Virus record (IMG/VR): IMGVR_UViG_3300032132_000765
Coordinates: 1 to 50,516 of that record
From: a virus
Lineage: Duplodnaviria; Caudoviricetes
Length of the DNA: 50,516 nt
Strand: one strand, 5' to 3'
Positions 34,758 to 44,490 of the stretch are shown one piece after another (position 1 is the first letter of the stretch; each line of letters begins with the position of its first letter). Below the pieces are notes generated by a model. That model saw only the letters and a program-made list of their open reading frames with translations, was not told the DNA's origin and made no database searches. The translations under genes and the position numbers were made by a program.

Positions 34758-35285
34758 ATGGCCAACTACGCATACATGGGCAAGGGCATTGTCAGCCTGA
34801 CGCCGGAGGCAGGCGGCCCCGCCGTCGACGTGGGCAACGTGTCCGCGCTCAACTTCAACATCAACGAGAACATCATCAAGCTGCCGAACTACCGGACGGC
34901 AGGCGGCGGCACCTATGCGCAGGTGAACCGTATCGAGTCGGTAGAGTTCACCGCCACGCTGCACGATCTGAGCCCGGAAAACCTGGCAATGGTCCTGTTC
35001 GGCACCGTGACCGAAGACACCGTCAACAACACGGCCACCATCGAGGCGCTAACTACTGGCGCGCAGACCTTCGAGATGGTCTTCAACGGCGTCAACGAGG
35101 CCGCCACCGGCAAGACCGTGACGGTAACCGTTCATCGCGCGAAGATCGGCGCCGCTCAAGGCCTCGGCTTCATCGGCGACGAGTTCGCTGCGCTGGAGAT
35201 CACTGGCGAGGTACTGATCGACACCAGCATCGTTGGTGCCGGCCTGTCGCAATTCTTCAAGGTCGAGATGGACACCATCGCCTAA
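34758..35285 (+). CDS. Major tail tube protein
   Basis: YMGKG, VGNVSAL, TLHDLSPENLA; position. Confidence 0.85.
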   Translation: MANYAYMGKGIVSLTPEAGGPAVDVGNVSALNFNINENIIKLPNYRTAGGGTYAQVNRIESVEFTATLHDLSPENLAMVLFGTVTEDTVNNTATIEALTTGAQTFEMVFNGVNEAATGKTVTVTVHRAKIGAAQGLGFIGDEFAALEITGEVLIDTSIVGAGLSQFFKVEMDTIA

Positions 35286-35349
35286 GCGCCCGAGTCCAAG
35301 CCCATCGGATCGGTGGGCTTTGGCGCGTGCGCCGGTGCGGCGCTCCATC

Positions 35350-35419
35350 TGAAAATCATATGAAAACCATATTAACTGCCGAATAACTCCTTGCTAGTGT
35401 TTCTGCTTGGGTCTATATT
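35350..35419 (+). promoter_or_regulatory. Moron promoter with upstream tandem repeat
   Basis: TTGCTA (35391) 17 bp TATATT (35414); TGAAAA(T/C)CATA twice at 35350-35371. Confidence 0.65.
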
Positions 35420-35460
35420 CCCTTTCAGCGCCGGTACTGGCGCCCACATGGAGGGGAGTG

Positions 35461-35736
35461 ATGACGCAAAATATATCGATATCAACATTCGAAGACCTCG
35501 TGTTTGAGGTCGAGCAGGTTCGTATCGTTGTCCGAGGAAATCCACGGGATCTCGTTCAGGATTACGGATACGAGCGCAAAGCTGCAGGCAACACGTCCGT
35601 TACGGGCTGGCTAGAGACGCGGGTTTATCCGGCGCTCGAAGGCAAGTATTCCGTTGCGGTTGTTGATGGCAGCGGAGCGATACCGCACGGGAGAACTCAT
35701 ATGAGCAAGCTGCGCGGAAGCTACCTGGTCGAATAG
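35461..35736 (+). CDS. Moron hypothetical protein (91 aa)
   Basis: RBS GGAGGGGAG, own promoter. Confidence 0.75.
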   Translation: MTQNISISTFEDLVFEVEQVRIVVRGNPRDLVQDYGYERKAAGNTSVTGWLETRVYPALEGKYSVAVVDGSGAIPHGRTHMSKLRGSYLVE

Positions 35737-35818
35737 CGGTAGGCAGAAACAAGGAAGCCCCAAGTGCTGGAACACCTGAGGCTTCGTACAACGTGAACAC
35801 ACTGGCAAGGATATTCAC

Positions 35819-36685
35819 ATGGACAAGTTTAACACAGCATCAGGCAATGTAATCCCGTTCAGCTTCGGAGCTCAGCCCGTCCGCGCTTTGTTGGATGACG
35901 ATCAGCCATGGTTTTTCGCGAAGGACGTTTGTACCGCGCTGGCGCTGATGGACACGAACAAGGCTTTGATCGGGCTTGATGATGAAGAGAAGCGCGAACA
36001 CGAACAGTATTCGGGTTCGGGAAGAAAGCCTGTTCTGATCAATGAGTCAGGTCTTTACTCGCTTATCCTTCGCAGCAGGAAAGCCGAAGCCAAGCGCTTC
36101 AAAAAGTGGGTGACCGCTGAAGTGCTCCCGGCCATCCGCAAGCACGGCCGTTACTCCGACGACAGCGGAAAGATGGCAACGCTGGTAAATGATGTGATCG
36201 GCGTCTCAGGCGCAAATCTTATCGGTGGAGTGATCAGTCAGAAGGTGTCGGTGCTCCCGGTGGGAGTTCAGCGCCAGGCCCGCCACCGGATGCACTCGGT
36301 TCTCCACACTCGCTTCAACGTGCCGCGCACCGAGCTGATCCCGGCCGAAAAGCTTGACGCAGCCTGCCAGTACATTGCGGCCTACGTGCTGGAGGGGGAA
36401 TGGCTCGAAAGCAGCCAAGCGAAAGGCATGCAGTTGTCTGAGCGCGAAGTGCAGGCGCTCTACCTGATGATGAGCCACTACCACTTCGCCATGGAGTGGG
36501 CGATGAAGTCTGGAATCTACGCCATCGCGCGCATGACGGACTCAAGGCCGCTGTCAAACTTCAATGAGCACTTTTCAGAGATTGGCATGGGCTTCCGCAC
36601 CCTGGACGAGCGCCGCGATGAGATTTATCGCATCTACAGTCAGCGCGGTGCCGGAGGGGGATACGCAATGCAGGCCGCAAGCTAG
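35819..36685 (+). CDS. BRO-N domain antirepressor-like protein
   Basis: PWFFAKDVC, INESGLYSLILRSRKAEAKRFKKWVTAEVLPAIRKHG. Confidence 0.92.
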   Translation: MDKFNTASGNVIPFSFGAQPVRALLDDDQPWFFAKDVCTALALMDTNKALIGLDDEEKREHEQYSGSGRKPVLINESGLYSLILRSRKAEAKRFKKWVTAEVLPAIRKHGRYSDDSGKMATLVNDVIGVSGANLIGGVISQKVSVLPVGVQRQARHRMHSVLHTRFNVPRTELIPAEKLDAACQYIAAYVLEGEWLESSQAKGMQLSEREVQALYLMMSHYHFAMEWAMKSGIYAIARMTDSRPLSNFNEHFSEIGMGFRTLDERRDEIYRIYSQRGAGGGYAMQAAS

Positions 36686-36773
36686 ATAATTAGACAGCCC
36701 CGAACCCAGCCAAGCGCTGGGTTTCGGTGCTGGAGCCGTGCTAGATTCCTCTCTCCTATGGGGAGGGAGCCTT

Positions 36774-37232
36774 ATGTTCAGGCTGTTATTTGCTGTGGCG
36801 TGCGCTGCCGCGGCCACTGGTGCTAGTGCTGCGCCGGTTTTCAAGTGCATAGACGCAGAGGGCAAGACTACATTCAGCCAGCACGGATGCGGATCAGATA
36901 GCTCCGGCTCCGTGGTCAAGCCGGAAGCCGCCAGGCCAAGCGGTGCCGGGCCTGCAGTAAAGTTGGCAACGCCAACTAATGAGCCTCCGCGACCGAGGGC
37001 AAAGCGGAGATTCAATCACTGTGGTGATCTAACGCAGGTCGATATTGCATACCTGAATGGGCGCGGCCAAATCCAAGTAGGGATGACGGCTGACGATGTG
37101 CGCCGATCTATCGGCGGCCCTACCGAAGTTAACCGTGCGTCTTACGGAGATCAGTGGATATATGTGCAGCAAGACGGCTCACGTCTGTACCTCTACATAG
37201 ATCCTAATGGTTGCTTCACGGCGTGGAACTAA
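36774..37232 (+). CDS. Exported DUF4124-like protein with SmpA/BamE-like C-terminus
   Basis: Signal peptide, VFKCIDAEGKTTFSQHGC, QVGMTADDVRRSIGGP...QWIY; extended -10 TGcTAGATT at 36739-36747. Confidence 0.75.
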   Translation: MFRLLFAVACAAAATGASAAPVFKCIDAEGKTTFSQHGCGSDSSGSVVKPEAARPSGAGPAVKLATPTNEPPRPRAKRRFNHCGDLTQVDIAYLNGRGQIQVGMTADDVRRSIGGPTEVNRASYGDQWIYVQQDGSRLYLYIDPNGCFTAWN

Positions 37233-37244
37233 GGAGGGAACCTT

Positions 37245-37649
37245 ATGCAGTGCCCGAAATGCAAATATGAGCCGACGATGAGCGAGATGCAGCGCAGTCC
37301 GGATGATTGCGTGAAGTGTGGCGCCAATTACGCGACCTATAAGGCGCCGACTGCTGCAGAGAAACTTGCTGCGGGAATCAAGTGGGCTAGAAGCGCCGTT
37401 GCTGATGGCCGGCAGCGGCGCAGGGGGCACCTGTATTGTCCGTCATGCGGCGCGACAAGCGACGGCTGCACTCACACGCGTGGCTCTATCTTTATCGAGC
37501 TGGTGCTCTGGCTGTGCCTCCTACTTCCAGGGCTGATCTACAGCATCTGGCGGTTATCTTCACGCCAGCAGGTTTGCCCATCCTGCCGAAATCCCGGGCT
37601 GATACCTATCACTTCGCCTAAGGCGAGGAAAGAGCTTGGCCTAGGCTGA
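37245..37649 (+). CDS. Zinc-ribbon membrane protein (moron)
   Basis: Four CxxC pairs and hydrophobic IELVLWLCLLLPGLIYSIW. Confidence 0.8.
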   Translation: MQCPKCKYEPTMSEMQRSPDDCVKCGANYATYKAPTAAEKLAAGIKWARSAVADGRQRRRGHLYCPSCGATSDGCTHTRGSIFIELVLWLCLLLPGLIYSIWRLSSRQQVCPSCRNPGLIPITSPKARKELGLG

Positions 37650-37663
37650 GCAACGACTCAAAT

Positions 37664-37690
37664 AAGACCCGCTTCGGCGGGTTTTTTATT
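37664..37690 (+). terminator. Rho-independent terminator closing the moron island
   Basis: ACCCGC-TTCG-GCGGGT-TTTTT. Confidence 0.85.
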
Positions 37691-37706
37691 GCCCAAAGGA
37701 AAAGTC

Positions 37707-38069
37707 ATGTCAGACCTGCAAATCCTGTTTCCGAAGCCTGTTTCTGTGATGGTTGAGGGTCGGCCGGTGTTTATCAAGCCGGTTCAGTTGCAGGACTTTG
37801 AGGCGTTCGGTGCCGCAGCTGGCCCGCTGCTCACGCTCATGGCTGATGCCACCCCGACTGAACTTTATGCCTACGCAGCCAAGAGCGATGCAATGGCTGT
37901 AATCCTCGGCAAATGCACATCGCTAAGCGCCTGGCGCCGCAAGCGCTTGCCGCTCGCCACCGCAGTGGAGCTGATGTTACACGTCATCAAGGTTAACTCT
38001 AGTTTTTTCGACCAAGCCCTGGTAAGCGCGGCGAAGGTGCTGGCTGGGGCGCAGTTGTCCAGTCGCTGA
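37707..38069 (+). CDS. Tail assembly chaperone (gpG-like)
   Basis: Directly upstream of the tape measure gene; contains a slippery site. Confidence 0.8.
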   Translation: MSDLQILFPKPVSVMVEGRPVFIKPVQLQDFEAFGAAAGPLLTLMADATPTELYAYAAKSDAMAVILGKCTSLSAWRRKRLPLATAVELMLHVIKVNSSFFDQALVSAAKVLAGAQLSSR

Positions 38070-38245
38070 TTGCGGCCGGACATTCGCTGGCCGACATTTC
38101 GCAGTACACCCTGGCTCAGATCGAGCTTTTCACCGCTGAAGCCGCTGAGGCTGACAAAGCGGACGCCAGACTGGCGCTGATCATTGCTCGCGGCAGCCAG
38201 GCGGACAAAGACGGCTTCAAGAAGATCATGAAGGAGTTCTCGTAA
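38003..38245 (+). CDS. gpGT-like extension made by programmed -1 frameshift
   Basis: In-frame T TTT TTC at 38003-38009; the -1 frame stays open for 78 codons to TAA at 38243-38245, which overlaps the tape-measure ATG. Confidence 0.8.
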   Translation, partial: FFRPSPGKRGEGAGWGAVVQSLIAAGHSLADISQYTLAQIELFTAEAAEADKADARLALIIARGSQADKDGFKKIMKEFS

Positions 38246-40290
38246 TGTCCAGAGTCAAGACAGAGCTGGTCATTGACGGGAAGAACAACACAAAGAAGGC
38301 GTTCGGCGAGGTTGACAGCGACCTGGGGCGGCTCAGCGGATCGGCCAAGGCGGCCGGCGCTGCCATCCTGGCCGCGTTTTCGGTCGGTGCTGTTGCTGGC
38401 TTCGTAAAGCAGAGCGCGCTTGCTGTCATCCAAATGGATCGCATGGCGAAGCTGTCCGGCGCCACATCCGAGCAGTTCCAGAAGTGGGCCTATGCTTCGC
38501 GCACAGTTGGCATCGAGCAGGACAAGCTCGGCGACATCTTCAAGGATGTTCAGGATAAGGTCGGTGACTTCTTGCAGACCGGCGGCGGGCCGCTGGCTGA
38601 CTTCTTCGAGAACATCGCGCCGGCTGCTGGCGTCACTGCCGAGCAGTTCCGCAACCTGTCAGGCCCTGACGCGCTGCAGCTGTACGTCAAGACGCTGGAG
38701 AGCGCGAACCTCTCGCAGTCGGAGATGACCTTCTACATGGAGGCCATTGCCAGTGATGCATCGCTGTTGCTGCCGCTGCTGCGCGACAACGGAGCGGCTT
38801 ACGCTGAGCTTGCGCAGCAGGCAAAAGACTTGGGGCTCATCCTCAGCGGCGACACCGTCCAGCAGGCCAGCGAGTTCAATCAGTCGCTGAACGCGCTTGG
38901 CGCGATATCGCAGGGCGCCGGGCAGCAGATTGCCGCGGAACTCCTGCCGTCGCTCAATGAACTGAGCGGCCTTATGGTCGACGTTTCAAAGGAGGGCGCC
39001 TACGCCAGTCGCGTAGCTGAAGTGCTCGGCTTTGCCATGAAGGTGCTGGCATCCACTGCCATCATCGCAGGCAATGGCTTCGGCAACCTTGGTCGGCGTA
39101 TTGCTGGCGCCGCGGCTGCTGCGGTTGCTACTGCAAAAGGTGACTTTGCCCAGGCCGCCGAAATCCTGCGCATGGTCGGCGAAGACAACGAGCGCGAAAC
39201 GAAGCTGGCCATGGAGCGCGTCACCAAGTTGTGGTCTGACGGATACTCAGATGTTGGTCGCCAAGTCTCAGGCGTAAATGCCGCCCTATCCGCCTCAACT
39301 GAAGAGACCGGCAGGCGGGTTGTGAAAACGACCGATGAGATGAAGGAGGCTTACAAGAGCCTCAGCGCCGATGCCAAGAAAGCCATCAGCTCCATCACGG
39401 CAGAAGAGCGCAAGGCTGCTTCCGAAGTCGAGAAAATCCGCAAGGAACGACTCGCTATTGAGGAGCGTTACTCTGCCGCCATAGCTCAGCTGGGTGGCGG
39501 GGCGGGTCAGTCCTCCTACGGCGCGGCGCAAGCGCTCAAGGTTGGCGCCAGGCAATCGCTGGAAGCTGGCGATCTGGAGGGTGCGAAGCGCCAAGCTCAG
39601 CAAGCCCTGCAGATGCTGCTTGATCTGCAGGCAGCAGGCGAGAACACCTACGGTCTGACCGGCTTCGCCAAGGAGCTGCAGGCGATCGAGATGCAGGCGA
39701 ATTCGCTTGAGCAGACGGCCGCTGATCAGAAGTTGGCGCAGATCACAGCAGAGCTTGAGCGCGTGCAAAAGCTGTCCGACGTGAAGATAACTGTCGGCAT
39801 GACGCCTGAAGCCATCGAGGCCGCCAAGCAGCAGCTGCAGCAGCTGGCCGAATACCTCGGCAAGCAGATGGTTATCACCCCGACGATCGCCGCGCCATCG
39901 GGCGACTTCAGTCAGGAATACACGCTGCAAGACCCAGGCCCCGAGCCGAGAAAGTACGCCACTGGCGGATATATCAGCGGCCCAGGGACCGGAACCAGCG
40001 ACAGCATCCCGGCGTATCTCTCCAATGGCGAGTACGTCATCAACGCTGCAGCCGTGCGCAAGCTTGGCAAGCGGCATCTCGACATGCTCAACCGCGGCAT
40101 TCCTATTCCTCGGTTTGCCGATGGCGGCATGGTTGGGACTGTCTCGAGTCTGCAGATGGCCAGTCCCGACAACTTGGGCATCGTGAAATTCGATCTCGGC
40201 GGCACGCAGTTCACCATGTACGGCGACGCGGGGCAGGTTGACGGCATCCGCCTGGCCGCCAAGAAGTTCGGCCGCACTCACCGGAGTTAA
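38245..40290 (+). CDS. Tail tape measure protein
   Basis: 681 aa Ala-rich helical protein; C-terminal ATGGYISGPGTGTSDSIPAYLSNGEYV. Confidence 0.93.
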   Translation: MSRVKTELVIDGKNNTKKAFGEVDSDLGRLSGSAKAAGAAILAAFSVGAVAGFVKQSALAVIQMDRMAKLSGATSEQFQKWAYASRTVGIEQDKLGDIFKDVQDKVGDFLQTGGGPLADFFENIAPAAGVTAEQFRNLSGPDALQLYVKTLESANLSQSEMTFYMEAIASDASLLLPLLRDNGAAYAELAQQAKDLGLILSGDTVQQASEFNQSLNALGAISQGAGQQIAAELLPSLNELSGLMVDVSKEGAYASRVAEVLGFAMKVLASTAIIAGNGFGNLGRRIAGAAAAAVATAKGDFAQAAEILRMVGEDNERETKLAMERVTKLWSDGYSDVGRQVSGVNAALSASTEETGRRVVKTTDEMKEAYKSLSADAKKAISSITAEERKAASEVEKIRKERLAIEERYSAAIAQLGGGAGQSSYGAAQALKVGARQSLEAGDLEGAKRQAQQALQMLLDLQAAGENTYGLTGFAKELQAIEMQANSLEQTAADQKLAQITAELERVQKLSDVKITVGMTPEAIEAAKQQLQQLAEYLGKQMVITPTIAAPSGDFSQEYTLQDPGPEPRKYATGGYISGPGTGTSDSIPAYLSNGEYVINAAAVRKLGKRHLDMLNRGIPIPRFADGGMVGTVSSLQMASPDNLGIVKFDLGGTQFTMYGDAGQVDGIRLAAKKFGRTHRS

Positions 40291-40292
40291 CC

Positions 40293-40802
40293 ATGCCACA
40301 ACCTCAAATCATGCTCGGCGGCTTGCCGGTCGTGCTGCACGCTGGTGCGCCGGTTTTGAGCGAGGAGCCTATCGGCGGTGAAACGTCGATGCGGATGAGC
40401 GACGGCGCGCTGGTATCGATGACGCATTGGGAGCGGGTGTCCGGCACGATCAGCGGGAATGGCTGGATGCCGCCAGGGCTTCACGGCCTGGACTACAGCC
40501 AGCCGTTGGAGCTGCGGTCGACGAAGGTGCAGAGCGTGACGGGCACGGCCCTAACACACACGCTGCGCGGAACGCCGCGGCCGGACGTCGCGCCATGGGC
40601 TCAGGCGCTGGTCGGGGACGATTGGGTCAACACGCCCTGCAGCGTCACCGATGGCGTCGCTACCGTAACGGCCGTCGCCGGCGCAACGCTCTACCGCGTC
40701 TGCTGGATGCCGATCTACAGCGTCAAGGCCCGTCGCCCATCCGAAACGCAGGATTCAGGAACTGCAAGCCATAGCTGGTCCATCACCTGGGAAGAAACCT
40801 AA
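40293..40802 (+). CDS. Tail protein (distal-tail-like)
   Basis: Position directly after the tape measure gene. Confidence 0.7.
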   Translation: MPQPQIMLGGLPVVLHAGAPVLSEEPIGGETSMRMSDGALVSMTHWERVSGTISGNGWMPPGLHGLDYSQPLELRSTKVQSVTGTALTHTLRGTPRPDVAPWAQALVGDDWVNTPCSVTDGVATVTAVAGATLYRVCWMPIYSVKARRPSETQDSGTASHSWSITWEET

Positions 40803-42526
40803 TGCTCAACGCCTCGCCACTCAACGCCGTGCCGCTGAATGGCGTAGCTGGATCGTCTGCCGAACCGGAGTACATCGTGCGCGGCCAGTCGTTTGTGTGG
40901 GCGCTGCGCGTATTGGTGGGCGGGCTCGACCTGACGCCCATGCTCACCGGAACGGTCACCGTTGACCGGGAAGAGGGCGCCGCGGGCATCGCTGGCTTCG
41001 ATCTGTTCATCGCGCCAGGCGTAGCCGTCGTGCCTCCCGACTGGAAGGGTCGGACGGTGTCGATCGACTACATCAGCACGAGCCAAGGCGAGACGACAGA
41101 AGCGCGCAGCTACACCGGCCAGATCAGTCGAGCCGACTGGAACCCGGTAAACCGCGTGCTGAGCTGCGAATGCTCCGACCAGCTACAGCAGCGGGTCGAG
41201 GGCATGACGATTGCGGCCATCAATATGCTGGTCGGTGGGTATTGGTCGGAAGACCTGTTCGAGCCGGTCGAGGGCCGCAGCCATTGGGACTATGCCCGTG
41301 AGCGCCTTAGCACGCGCACCGCCAGCCTGGACTGTTCCGCTTACGGCGATCTGCGCGTGACGAGCTGGTATGCCACGGCGCCGCATTTCGTGTTTGGCCC
41401 AGGCACAACGCTTTATCAGCAGATCGACCTGCAGCAATCCGACCTTGAGGCGACGACAAACCGCGTCGAGATCGAATTCAGCTACCGCTATCAACGCCTC
41501 TGGCAGTTGAACGAGGGCTACAGCTGGACTCACGTCAACGCGGGCGGCGGCCAGAGCGGGTTCTGTAACTGGCGCACGTGGGCGACCGAGCTGCCCGATA
41601 CAGACATGATTGCCAGCGCCGTCTCTGGAAGCGGCCAGCAGCTGATCGGCGGCGTGGGCGGCTACAAGCTGCCGCTGTCCATGGCTAACCCGTGCGGCGA
41701 CGGTAACGGCTGGGTCAACACCTTCGACAACCTCTGGCTTTCGGCTTCGTTCACCGGTGCCAGGCGCTGGGTGCAGAGCGTAACCGAGAGCTACAAGCTT
41801 GTGCTGTCCACTACTGCAGGCGAGTCAGAGCTGACGCGCATCGTTCAACGCGCCGGCTACAACGTGGCCATCGAGCGCGATCAGGCAGAGAGCTGGGGCA
41901 GCGATCCGATCCGCGGTGGCGGAACTGGCAGTCAGGACCTGTCCGACGAAGGCCGGCGCAGCAATGCCATCGCAACCGCGCTGCGTATTGGTCAGGCGAT
42001 GATCGTCGGCGCTCACCGGGAGACGACGCTCAGCTGGGATGTCCCGACCAGCATGGCGATGGGCATCGACCTGTGGCACACGCTTGAGATCGCCGACCAG
42101 GGCGTTCATGCGGTCGGCAAATGCCGGCGCATCGTCCACCGGTTCGATCTTGGCAGCGGTGAAGCGATCACCTCGCTGAGCATTGCGATCATGCGCGGCG
42201 GCGGCGTCAGTGACGCGCTGACTGTCCCCGCGCAGCCAGATACCAGCCTGCCGCCGTTCACGCCGTCGGCTCAGCTGCTGCTGGGCACCCAGCTCGGCGG
42301 CCGCCAGGTTGACCCGTACACGGGCTTTCCCATCGGCCCCTATGACGATGATCGGCCTGGCTTCTCGGGCAACTACGACGCGAACGACAACATGCCGGCT
42401 GAGTTCTACCCGCGCCGATTTGACATCGATGCCCGAGAAATCGGTGCTGAGTATCGCGACGAGCGCACCGCCTCGGCCGAAGCGTTCTATCGCATCGGCA
42501 TTCCCAATGATTTGCTGGAGCTATGA
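40802..42526 (+). CDS. Tail tip / hub protein
   Basis: 574 aa, coupled in the tail operon. Confidence 0.7.
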   Translation: MLNASPLNAVPLNGVAGSSAEPEYIVRGQSFVWALRVLVGGLDLTPMLTGTVTVDREEGAAGIAGFDLFIAPGVAVVPPDWKGRTVSIDYISTSQGETTEARSYTGQISRADWNPVNRVLSCECSDQLQQRVEGMTIAAINMLVGGYWSEDLFEPVEGRSHWDYARERLSTRTASLDCSAYGDLRVTSWYATAPHFVFGPGTTLYQQIDLQQSDLEATTNRVEIEFSYRYQRLWQLNEGYSWTHVNAGGGQSGFCNWRTWATELPDTDMIASAVSGSGQQLIGGVGGYKLPLSMANPCGDGNGWVNTFDNLWLSASFTGARRWVQSVTESYKLVLSTTAGESELTRIVQRAGYNVAIERDQAESWGSDPIRGGGTGSQDLSDEGRRSNAIATALRIGQAMIVGAHRETTLSWDVPTSMAMGIDLWHTLEIADQGVHAVGKCRRIVHRFDLGSGEAITSLSIAIMRGGGVSDALTVPAQPDTSLPPFTPSAQLLLGTQLGGRQVDPYTGFPIGPYDDDRPGFSGNYDANDNMPAEFYPRRFDIDAREIGAEYRDERTASAEAFYRIGIPNDLLEL

Positions 42527-43002
42527 CCATGACCAATGAGGAACGGCGCCGCGCCTCCGGTGCGGCCATGGAGGCAAGCCGGCGCGGGAGCGGTGCCGCT
42601 ATGGAGGCGAGTCGGCGGGCTAGCGGTGCTGCGATGACGGCGCGCCGCACCGGCAAGAGCGTGGCCGACGACATTCAGTCGCTTACTGCCCCTCAGCGCC
42701 AGGCCAAGCCACTGCCTCGCATCGATCCGGTCGGGCCGCTACCAGCGCAGCGCGGGCGCGGAACATCGCCTGCACCGGTTGCCAGCGGCGGCGGCGGCGG
42801 AGGCATTGCTAGTCCGCTGACTGAAAAAACGCGCGCCGAAAACGGCAAGCAAGTGCCTGATCGCGACTATTACCCCGAGGCCTTGCTACCCACCACTGAT
42901 GGCCTGGTTTGGGCGCGTTGGCGCGGCGTTAAAACCATACGGATGACAGACGCTAACGGTGAAACGGTGGTGATGGAGTACGGCAATGACCTATCCGAAT
43001 AG
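42523..43002 (+). CDS. Tail-associated protein with 11-aa N-terminal repeats
   Basis: RRASGAAMEAS repeated about three times; GGGIASPLTE motif. Confidence 0.72.
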   Translation: MTMTNEERRRASGAAMEASRRGSGAAMEASRRASGAAMTARRTGKSVADDIQSLTAPQRQAKPLPRIDPVGPLPAQRGRGTSPAPVASGGGGGGIASPLTEKTRAENGKQVPDRDYYPEALLPTTDGLVWARWRGVKTIRMTDANGETVVMEYGNDLSE

Positions 43003-44488
43003 CCCGCTCGACGAGGTGCCGGTCGTGTGGGGTTGGCCCTGGCATGGGCTCATCGAGAGCCCAGCCCAGGCCGGCCCGCCGTGCGAACTGATTTTGCCCA
43101 GCGGTAAGCGGATGCCCTGCTCAGCTGACGGGGCCTTTGCGCATAACACCCACCTCTGGGACATCGGCATGGCTGAGCCAGACGTAGAGAGCGACGACCC
43201 CGATGAGCAATGGCTGAACAGGGCGATTGTCCGCTCCCAGTACCTGGGCGGCCCCCAAAAAAGCGCGTTTTGCTACGGGGACATGTCGTTCGGGTTAGAT
43301 CATCCGATGTACGTCCCTATGTTCGGGGTTCTGCGCCGCCAGCTGGCGCTACAGACCTGGGGGGTGGGCGCCAACCAGGGCGTTCTGGTCTCGCTGAGCG
43401 TGGGCCGGCGTTTCGTAACCAGCATTGAGCTGAGTCGCGCGCAACTGCAGATTCCCAATGTGTCATACCTTGGGAATGCGCTCGACAGCTACCGAATCCA
43501 GCTGATGGACGAAAGCCCTGATGGCCGCTCAGCCCTGTACTGGATCGCCCCGCGCAGGCTGATTGGGGCCACGGAGTACCTAACGGTTGGTCGCACGCTG
43601 CTGGAGGTCTCAATCACTGGCGACCCGGAGGTCGGCTTTGGGCTCACGCATCGCCTCGTTGCGCCGTATTCAGTCCAGGCCGAGGTCTACCGCTATCCGA
43701 AATTGTCGGACAAGGGCGAGTTCATGATGGTCCGGTGGGCTGACTCGCCCACTCACGAGAACATCGTCGCGGTGCGTGGAAACCAAACCCCGCCCCCGGG
43801 CTATGACTACTGGGTTGGCGAGGCGCCAGACGGCACGGCCGTCCACTCTGAGTATTTCGAGTCGCCAGTATGGGCCTGGTACAACCCCGATGGCTCCATC
43901 GAGGTAACCACGTGGCGCAAAGATCGAATGGACATCCGCGAGTACACCACAACCGCACAAGGGGCAGGAGCGGGCTTCAGCATGGTCGATACCCGGACGG
44001 TGACGCTGACCAACTCGAAAGGCTCGGTCTCCGGCGTGCATGTGTATCGCGAGTCAAGAAGCGTAGCGGGGGGCATTTTGAGCTGGGAGACCGGCGAGTC
44101 CGTCTACGGTGAGCAACTTTACACTGAGTCAGGCTCCTACCCCATAGAGGGGTCATGGTCCGAGCCTGTGGACTGGGCGCCTGACGACCCGCCGCCGGTA
44201 GACACAAACCCCGTGCTCACCAGCACGGTGTATCCCGATGCGGTGATCATTATATCGAACAACATCCTGGCCACCCGGTACGGCAGCGTCGATATCTCCG
44301 GCATCCCAAATACGGAGGTCTGGTGCGGCGATGCGCTCTACCCGGGCGGGGTCGACCACGGACTCAAGAAATTTGAATTTGGAGCCCCTGGCGGCGGCAC
44401 GCTTTCGGCCTGGCAGATCGGGTCCTACAACCCGATAACAGGCCAGGTTGTTCGCAACCTTTCCGACAGATACCGCAGCTGGGTGTAG
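42986..44488 (+). CDS. Tail protein, possible receptor-binding protein
   Basis: N-terminal WGWPWHG and C-terminal GSYNPITG flank a beta-rich core. Confidence 0.65.
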   Translation: MTYPNSPLDEVPVVWGWPWHGLIESPAQAGPPCELILPSGKRMPCSADGAFAHNTHLWDIGMAEPDVESDDPDEQWLNRAIVRSQYLGGPQKSAFCYGDMSFGLDHPMYVPMFGVLRRQLALQTWGVGANQGVLVSLSVGRRFVTSIELSRAQLQIPNVSYLGNALDSYRIQLMDESPDGRSALYWIAPRRLIGATEYLTVGRTLLEVSITGDPEVGFGLTHRLVAPYSVQAEVYRYPKLSDKGEFMMVRWADSPTHENIVAVRGNQTPPPGYDYWVGEAPDGTAVHSEYFESPVWAWYNPDGSIEVTTWRKDRMDIREYTTTAQGAGAGFSMVDTRTVTLTNSKGSVSGVHVYRESRSVAGGILSWETGESVYGEQLYTESGSYPIEGSWSEPVDWAPDDPPPVDTNPVLTSTVYPDAVIIISNNILATRYGSVDISGIPNTEVWCGDALYPGGVDHGLKKFEFGAPGGGTLSAWQIGSYNPITGQVVRNLSDRYRSWV

Positions 44489-44490
44489 AT

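Noticed and set aside
39295..40299. 334-aa minus-strand ORF
   Set aside because: Antisense shadow of the tape measure gene
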